Assembly: GCF_006345805.1 (NCBI RefSeq)
Contig: NW_021833395.1
Span: forward strand, 1-27,320
Length of the DNA stretch: 27,320 nt
Reading direction: 5' to 3'
Source: Octopus sinensis
Lineage: Eukaryota
The notes under the pieces are model-generated. The model saw nothing but the letters and a program-made list of their open reading frames with translations, did not search any database and was not told where the DNA came from. Within the stretch, counting starts at the first letter, position 1. Every line of letters begins with the position of its first letter. This document shows positions 19,573 through 27,320 of this stretch, piece after piece. Both the position numbers and the translations under genes were made by a program.

Positions 19573-20050
19573 TATTTGGTTGTCAGATAAATTCATTCGT
19601 TTCGTTTTAATATTATTTGATTTAAAACGAAAAACATTTTGGTCGTAATTTCGAGTTTTTAATTTTTGTGTTTTATTTTTATCTTTTCAGTTTATTCTTT
19701 TCTAAATTTGAATAAATTTTACCTTTTTACGGACATATTACGACGGAGTGCCAACTGAAAGAAAAGAAAAGCGAGGATTTCTGATACCTATTTTTTGCTT
19801 TCCACTCGTGGCATTTGTGTATTTGTGATGTGTACAGAAAAGGTGTTATTATTGAAAGAACTGCATAGAAACGGTTTTTATGCTTCAATGAGGTAAAATT
19901 CGACCTAACAGACTCCTCGTGTTCCGGCCAACATGTTCAGTTCAATGAGGATCGACTGAACGTTCCTTTCCACACGGGTTCACACCAGAAGATAGGATGC
20001 TTTCATTACACCGTCTCTGCAATTTTCACTCAGTGTGTAACCAAAATGAA
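19573..20050 (+). mobile_element. Mariner (Tc1/mariner) 5' remnant: TIR-like end plus N-terminal HTH region of the transposase
   Basis: One frame from 19743 reads TECQLKEKKSEDF*YLFFAFH...CDVYRKGVIIERTA*KRFLCFNEVKFDLTDSSCSGQHVQFNEDRLN, matching the mariner ERTxQxWFxRFxxGxFDLxDxxRSGRP region. Confidence 0.78.
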
Positions 20051-20060
20051 AAAAAAAATG

Positions 20061-20103
20061 AGAGAAGGGATGGTTATTCCTTAGGAATGACCATCCCTTC
20101 TCT
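20061..20103 (+). repeat. 20-bp near-perfect palindromic hairpin
   Basis: AGAGAAGGGATGGTTATTCC-TTA-GGAATGACCATCCCTTCTCT; one G-U pair on the plus strand. Confidence 0.9.
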
Positions 20104-20364
20104 TTGGTTAATCAGTATATAAATATGTATGTGTGCATATGAGTGCATGTAGATGTTTTTGAGTGTGTATCCAGATGGATGAGTGTTTTTGTATGGAAGT
20201 GTTAGAGCTCCATACGTTCGTATATTTATTTTATCATCATGAAGAACGAACTGAATACCATGCAAATTTAATTGGATGACCTTTCTGCCTATAGTTCAAG
20301 CAATGGAATTAACATGTCTGATTTAAATGACATCGATTGCTTCCGTAATTAAATTGATATTGAT

Positions 20365-20582
20365 TTCAAATTTTGGCACACGCAGGTTTTCGCAATTTTC
20401 TGTAATTTGGGAGGAGAGGTTAAGATGATTTCATCAACCCCTGTGTTCAACTGATACTTATTTCATCGACCTCGAAAGGATGATTGGCAAAGTGGGTCCC
20501 GGCAGCATTTAAACTCAAAACGTAAAGACGGATGAAATGCCGCTAAGCATTTTTCCGTTGCAATACCAATTCTGCCAGTTGT
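20365..20582 (-). mobile_element. Degenerate SINE-A, tail type 2
   Basis: Core CGACCTCGAAAGGATGA and TTTCAAATTTTGGCACA tail on the plus strand. Confidence 0.75.
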
Positions 20583-21041
20583 ACGAAAAGAAATTATTCA
20601 TTATTTCGACTTTGACAAGACGTAATCGTGAACAGAGAAATTTGAAATGTGCACTAAACTGTAAACGATGCCGAAAGTGTCATGACATTCGCTGAGATAC
20701 ACATCCTGATGGAAACATGTTCACTGCAATGTGAAAATGAGGCACTTAACAGCTGACAGGCCACCACAACAGCTCATGTCTTGAAGATAGTTATGATATA
20801 TTGATTCTTTAATAAGGGAGAGATGTTAAGACTAATGAATTGGTGAATGGACGTTTGAATTAATGAATGAATGATTGAATGGATGGATAGATGGATGAAT
20901 GGATGAAAGAAAGGAAGAAGTGGAGGAAATTTCAATATGACGAAAAGAAGGTAAAAAGAATACAAAGAAAGAAAGAATGAGAAGGGACGAGAGACATGCT
21001 GAAAATGAAACGGGGGAGGCAAAATCTAAAGGCAAGAAAGG

Positions 21042-21750
21042 AATGAAATAAGTACCAGTTAATGAAATAAGTACCAGTTTAGCACTAAGGCCAGTATAAT
21101 CGACTTACACACTGGTCTTGTGCCAAACTTTGAAACCATTATTGAATAAATGGAAGGCAGTAAGCTGGTAGAGTCGTTAGAACAACGGATAAAATGCTTA
21201 GCGACATTTCGCCCGTTTTTACGTCCTGAGTTCAAATTCCACCTACGTCGACTGTACCTTTCACCCATTTGGGGATCGATGCTATAATTACTAGTTGAAT
21301 ATCGAGGTCGATCTAATCGACTAGCCACTCACCGCAAATTTCAATCCTTGTACTTGTAGTAAAAAGGATAATTGATTGGATGGGTTGGGATAAAAAAGCG
21401 ATGTTGACCTGCTGAAATGTGAACTCTGATAGTAAAAGGCCGGAAAAAATACCGTAAGATATTTTTCTTCTGATTCTACCAGTTCGGCGCCTTAGTGGTA
21501 TGTGTAAAACAAAAACGAAGCCAAAACCTATTATTAACTTCTACAAAGGCGGCGAGCTGGCAAACTGCATTTCGTCCGTTTTCACGTCTTCATGTTCTGA
21601 GTTCAAATTAAATTCCACCGTGGTCGACTTTGTCTTTCATCCTTTCAGGGTCGATAAAATAAGTATCAGTTGAGTGCTGGGGTCGATGCAATCAACTTAC
21701 TAGCTGCCTAGAATTGCTGACCGTGTGCCAAAATTTGAAACCATTTATTA
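21042..21750 (+). mobile_element. Cluster of three old SINE-A-family copies (about 21042-21143 3' part, 21153-21372, 21546-21750)
   Basis: Head AAGGC(A/G)G..AGCTGG, box B, core, and tails type 2 or 3. A 19-bp tandem duplication lies at 21042-21079. Confidence 0.8.
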
Positions 21751-22210
21751 TCTTCTACGGAAAATCGAAACGAAGTTAACATTTGTCATCCCTCTCAAAT
21801 GGTATTAGTGGCATAGATAGAGCGGGAGGAGAAACTACCTTCAACAGAAAATCGAAACGAAGTCGGAAATAATTACTAGTGGAATATATAAAATAAAGTT
21901 CTACTTTTCGGAAGTGTTTTTAACTTATCGTCTTTCTCAGAGAAATTCTTTAAATTTTCTACTCTAATCGTGTCTTTAATTCGTCGTCCTTCTCAGATGA
22001 AATTAAAGGTAAATGCAGAAGGTAAATGGAAATTAGATCTATCCTCGTTGGTTTTAAAAACAAAAACAAAGAAGTCATTTGTATCAGTGATAAATGAATA
22101 ATAGAATATATGGGGAAAATAGGATTCGTTCCGAGACCCCAAGTTGCCCTTTGCATTTTCGATGGTTGCTAGATCGTGCTTTTGTGGTCCAAGCAGAATC
22201 TTTGACTGAT

Positions 22211-22718
22211 CGCCGGCCCGTCTTATTATAGATCAACTCGTGATAAACATAGCACAGTTCACACAAGAGCGAACGCTCTTATCACGGATCAGTGACAAAA
22301 GAATCAGTATAAACAAGAATAGATGTACCTACAACCGAATTTCGAAACCGTGTCGTTATAATTATTTTCTTCCTCTTCGAAGAGAATTCGTGATAAACAT
22401 AAAATGAAATTACCATCTCCTGGGAATTTAATCGAACATGATCGCCTGATTATATTAACTGCGACGCCGGCCCGTCTTATTATAGATCAACTCGTGATAA
22501 ACATAGCACAGTTCACACAAGAGCGAACGCTCTTATCACGGATCAGTGACAAAAGAATCAGTATAAACAAGAATAGATGTACCTACAACCGAATTTCGAA
22601 ACCGTGTCGTTATAATTATTTTCTTCCTCTTCGAAGAGAATTCGTGATAAACATAAAATGAAATTACTATCTCCTGGGAATTTAATCGAACATGATCGCC
22701 TGATTATATTAACTGCGA
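22211..22718. repeat. Tandem duplication, 2 x 254 bp, one mismatch seen (22414 C vs 22668 T)
   Basis: Units are 22211-22464 and 22465-22718, compared by eye. Confidence 0.95.
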
Positions 22719-23117
22719 ACCTATCTCTTGTTCGACATTATTTGCTATAATAAATTGGAAATATGATCACACATTTTTTACAAAAGAAGAACAAGAACAA
22801 GAAGTCATTAAATTTGTTTGAAAATATCGTCTTAAATAAATAAAGCTTTCCAAGCTAAAATAAAATAAAGGAAAACAACTGTAAATGAATTGAATAAATT
22901 TTAATTAAACAGACACAAAAGTAACACTAAAAAAAAACATGAAATAAATTAACACACATTTCTTAACACTCTCGTCAATAAATATGTCCGCACACATCTT
23001 CCTAATTACACAATGTTGATGGCAGAACCATCTCTAAGTACGGATATATGTTTATACGGCTGTTAATGTGATCCTGCCATTGTTATCAGCATTGTATTCG
23101 TTATTATATTTTAAATG

Positions 23118-23510
23118 AAGGCGGTGAGGTGGTGGAATCTGCGATGCTGTATTTGTTCAAATTCTTTATATTTTTAGTTCAAAATACTTCCGAGATCAAA
23201 TTTGCCGTTCAACATTTCGGGGTTCATAAAATAAGTCACCAGTCAAGTACCGAGGTCGATTGTATCGACTAATCTCCATCCGCACAAAATTGCTCGTCTT
23301 GTGCCAAATTTGGAAACAATTAATTTTAATTTGTAAGAAGGCGGCGAACTTGCACTAGCGTTAGAACATCGGACGTATTTGTTATGGCTCTTTACGTATT
23401 TAATTCAAATCCCACCGTGGTCAACTATTGCCTTTCAGCCCTTCAGAGTCGATAAAATAAAGTATTATTGAAGCATTGAGGTCGATGATATCGCCTAAGA
23501 TTGAAACCAA
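23118..23510 (+). mobile_element. Two degenerate SINE-A-family copies (about 23118-23320 and 23338-23510)
   Basis: AAGGCGGTGAGGTGG and AAGGCGGCGAACTTG heads; core and tail remnants are present. Confidence 0.7.
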
Positions 23511-23539
23511 TCGAAAGCCCTAAAAGTCCAACTCCTCCT

Positions 23540-24440
23540 CAAAGTGGTAGGGTGGTGTAAACGGGCAGTGTCAGAGCTATACCGTCGGGAACTTCGGTTC
23601 CTGGTAGGGCCACCCAAGGCGGATTGGTCTGGCACCGAGCGGTATTAGGGCTGGTGAAAATTCCAAGAGGCGTCTGATCGGCAACCGGTGGCTTCGAGGT
23701 CGTTCTGTCCCTGCGTCTGTGGAGAGTCCGCGGAAAACAGGGCGTCCCGTCACTCGGGATATGCATGCGGGATGTCGGGGACCGCTTGTGAATTCAATGT
23801 TCCCACGAAACTTCTTCTATGAATCCTACTACTACCATGGCGGCTCGCTATCTCCAGTGACCTCGCACAGGACCATCGAGCATGGGCCGCTAATGATCGT
23901 GATGCCGTTAGCTGGCTCAACCCGCCGTGGGTGAACGCCGTCACAAGTACAAGTACACAAGTAAAGCTTTCAACAGAGTCAACTACCAATATTTGGCGGC
24001 TGTTCTCACGGCAGCCAGTTTCGGTCCTCTCTTCCAAGGTTGAATCGCTACAATGTACTCAGCGAATGGGGTGAATGGCCAAACATCAGAACCATTCAGT
24101 GTTCTGCGCTCGATCCGTCAAGTTTGCAACCACTCGTTTCTTCTGTATGTGCTGATTCTTTAGCATCTACTGCGGGAACTAGAAACTTTTGGGGAAGTCC
24201 TGCGACACTTTGGAAGCAGAAGATCAGTATTGGTATACAGGGACGACGCCATTCTGTTGGACCCTATGTATGTTGGGATAATCAGCACTGGTCTAAGGAA
24301 CTACCAGGCGGTGCCAGGAGCAAAAACCAATGAAGGAAAGTCAGTGGGCCTGCGGCTTGGAACTTCAAGCGGCATGTCGATGCCGTCCAGTAACACGGCG
24401 GAACGCAACAGATTCGAGATAAATTCTTCAGGCAAGAAAA
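23540..24440 (+). mobile_element. Degenerate L1/Tx1-clade element: possible ORF1 knuckle remnant joined to an RT-core remnant
   Basis: From about 23962: KAFNRVNYQYLAAVLTAASFGPLFQG*IATMYS..VNGQTSEPFSVLRSIRQVCNHSFLLYVLIL, then YRDDA and GAKTNEGKSVGLRLGT (same family as 8363-9285). Upstream YACGMSG near 23760 is tentative. Confidence 0.8.
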
Positions 24441-24519
24441 CATCACCAGGTGGAACTGCCCGAGCACTGCTGCCTAATAATAATAATACTTATTATTATT
24501 ATTATTGTCGCTACCATTA

Positions 24520-24740
24520 AGGCGGCGATCTGGCAGAATCGTTAGCACGCTGAGCAAAATACTAAGTGGCATTTCGTCCGTCTTTAAATCCTGAGTTCAA
24601 CTTCCACCGAGGTCGACTTTGCCTTTCATCCTTCCGGGGTTGATGAAATAAGTAGCAGTTGTGCACTGGGGTCGATGTAATTTACTAGTTCCTCTTCCTC
24701 AAGAATTTCAGGCCTTGTGCCTATAGTAGAAAGGATTATT
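24520..24740 (+). mobile_element. SINE-A family, tail type 3
   Basis: AAGGCGGCGATCTGGCAGAATCG...AATTTCAGGCCTTGTGCCTATAGTAGAAAGGATTATT. Confidence 0.85.
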
Positions 24741-25594
24741 GTTGCCACCATTGTTATCTGCACCTTTCCCCCACCCTTCATCCTCTTCTCTCTTTTCTTC
24801 TTCTTGAAGGCTTCCGTCTGACTGTGTAGCAAGTTTCTTCCTTCCTTTCTTATATTTTCTATTTAATTGTGTATGTCTATGTCTGTATGTGTGAATGCCT
24901 GACTGTACATCTTCTTCCTTCTCTACCTCATTATCCACTTACTCTTCTCCTTTCCTCATCTCTCCTTTCCTCATCTCTTCTCTCCTCATCTCTCCTCTCC
25001 TCCACCGCACGCATTTCTTTTAGACAAATTTTTTTTTCTTGTTGATCACGGGTGTAGTATTTCTGCGAGACTTGTTGAAAGTTAAAGTTACCATTCCAAT
25101 TATGATGTTATTTTGCCTTCATATCAAATGAATGCCAAGCAACACTTAATTGATTAAAATTCTAAGAACTTCATAAATGTTCGTTCCTTATATATTTCCT
25201 TGTTGTTATTTTTGCTTCTTATTATATTTTCCTTTACCGTTTTTCTTTTTACAATTTCTCTCTGCCTTTTCTTATTTCTTTTCATTAAATTTTCTGTCTT
25301 TCTTGGTTTCTTCAAATATAATTCTTTTACCTTTAAACAAGATCTTTCCAGTTGATTTAAATGTAAGGTTTCCAACAAATTGAAGTCAATTTAATTAATT
25401 ACATATTACACATAATTGGTTTTGTTTGTGCCAGCTATATTAATTGTTTAAATACAATCTCTTATGACTTTTGTTTCTTTTGTATATTTTAATTTATTTT
25501 ATTTTTATCTTTTTAATTATTTCCTCGTATGTTCTATTTTTTTTTTATTGCCGTTGTTTTCCTCAGACAGAAAGATGACGGAATTTCTTTTATT

Positions 25595-25858
25595 TCCTCA
25601 TCCATCCATACGTCAGTCCATCTATTCATTCACCCATCCATCCATCCATCCATTCATCCACCCATCCATCAATCCGTCCATCCATCCACCCATCCTTACA
25701 TACGTACATACATACATACATACATACATACATACATCTGTACATCTCTATATACATACATTCATACATACATCTGTTCATCTATTCATCCATCCATACA
25801 TATATACATGCACATTTACACACATATTTATACATACGTATATACATACATATATATA
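25595..25858. repeat. Compound (CATC)n/(CATA)n microsatellite
   Basis: Direct inspection. Confidence 0.9.
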
Positions 25859-26249
25859 GTTATTCATTTAACTATATAGAAATGAAACGATTGCTTTTTA
25901 CCCCTGTTCTCTGTTCAAAGTGGGTTCTTGGAAAATAACAATGCACTTTAATTCATTTTCAATTAAATTCATTGTCATTATTATATATAAAAGCAAAGAA
26001 CATTAGTACTGTCTCTTTCTCCTCCTCCTCCTCCTCCTCCACCACCACCTCCTCCTTATCCCCCCTCAAATATTTAACGATTCTTGTTTAGCCTCAGATT
26101 CAGTCAAAATCGGTCAACTACGTTCTTCCGATTTTTCTTTCAGATATCTAGAACTAGATCTTCCGGTGTATACTTGTGTTAAAACGAAATACGGCAGGGA
26201 GATTTCACTGCTATTTCCAGCGTGTCGATTCGTTTAGCCGTCATAGAGA

Positions 26250-26580
26250 GAGATACTTATGATAATAAGTACTTATGATCGGAAGTGCATAATTCCGATC
26301 ATACTTACTTATGATCCTAAGTTTCTGTGACCTTAGAGACTTCTGATCAGAGGTGCCTACGATCATGAATCATAATACGTTCCTATGATCTCGGTCACTT
26401 ACAATCAGAGGTTCGTATGAACTGGGAGACCAGTCACAGATACTTATGATCTCAGTTTTATGACCTAAGATATTTATGAGTATGGGTATCTATGAGAGTA
26501 TGTTCCCATGATCAGGAGTACCAACGATCATAAATTCCTATGATCTAGGACACTTACAGTCAGTGGTTTCTATGAACTCT
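26250..26580. repeat. Diverged 16-bp minisatellite (units end in TATGATC) with higher-order repetition
   Basis: About 19 units, for example AGAGGTGCCTACGATC, ATAAATTCCTATGATC, TAGGACACTTACAGTC. Confidence 0.85.
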
Positions 26581-26898
26581 GATTCTAGGTGTCATAGATC
26601 CCTTTATCGACCTCGATAGCATAAAAGGTAAAGTTTACTTTGGTGCTATACGAATTGAGAACATCGAGAAATTTCAGAAAATATCGCAAGGTAGTTACTC
26701 CACAGCTCCACCGATTAACACATGACGAGAGTATTGATACATGAGTGGGTAATTAAAGCTTTTAACAAAAGGCAAAAAATTAAGGAGAAATATGGCTGAA
26801 AGAATCGCCCAATACATTACTGGTATTGATTTTATCAAATCTGATGAGGATAACTTCATAATCAACCTTAATGGGTGTTTTTACTTGCCACCAACACA

Positions 26899-26957
26899 GG
26901 TGCCATTTGCATGACACGGGTGCATTTACATGTCACGGGTGCCAGTTTACATGACAC
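26899..26957. repeat. Three tandem 19-21 bp units G(G)GTGC(C)A(G)TTT(A/G)CATG(A/T)CAC
   Basis: Direct inspection. Confidence 0.85.
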
Positions 26958-27320
26958 AAGTATCTTCCACAACTGCAATTTTGCTTGGCTTAATAGGTCT
27001 TCTTCCATGAGGCCCAATGCATGTATTAAATGTTAAATCTTGGAAAAATGAGTACTCAATACTATAGAGGTCATTGGTATATTTTATTTTGTTCATTACA
27101 GTCTCTTGTTACTCTGAGTCTCATCTGTGGCTACACAGGATGTTAAGGCAAGTCATAACTTGCTTGAAGGTTATGTGCACCAGCAGACAAAATTTTGAGT
27201 CGGAAGAGACTGACTCAATTTCAATAAAATACATTACATTACATTCATGCAATACATATGTAGTTGTGTAAGTGTGTATGAGGGAGAAAGAACAGTCACT
27301 TGTATATTTGTCATAGATTG

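Noticed and set aside
26250-26580. CRISPR-like array
   Set aside because: Eukaryotic context, 16-bp period, variable parts only 5-6 nt and themselves repeated, and no cas genes.
26841-26880. CTGATGA motif (also at about 12920, 17006, and CTGATG at 20716)
   Set aside because: No correctly placed GAAA with flanking helices; expected by chance.

Overview
AT-rich, repeat-saturated animal genomic DNA. The SINE families, the 5S sequence and the dense TA/TG/TATG microsatellites point to a coleoid cephalopod, probably Octopus (inference). No protein-coding gene can be confidently called. Almost all ORFs in the supplied track are translations of microsatellites or SINEs, and only one orphan splice-bounded exon candidate (11579-11666) was seen. 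The window holds about 25 tRNA-derived SINE copies or fragments from three families (here SINE-A, -B, -C), and decayed retroelements: RTE/Rex3-like, three L1/Tx1-like pieces, and one R4/Dong-like restriction-endonuclease LINE. It also holds a mariner remnant, a TTAA MITE, Helitron-like elements and several tandem or inverted repeats. Two things are not explained by the ORF track. (1) A set of type I hammerhead-ribozyme motifs of the Penelope-associated kind: two with an intact catalytic core (3125-3210 minus, 13623-13804 plus), one G3-C8 core-swapped variant, one A6U variant and one very degenerate copy. Each has its 3' end anchored on a microsatellite, and some converge tail-to-tail on the same tract. 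(2) A 5S rRNA + SINE chimeric retrocopy bounded by one 18-bp target-site duplication inside an RTE LINE. All structures were folded by eye; none were computed.
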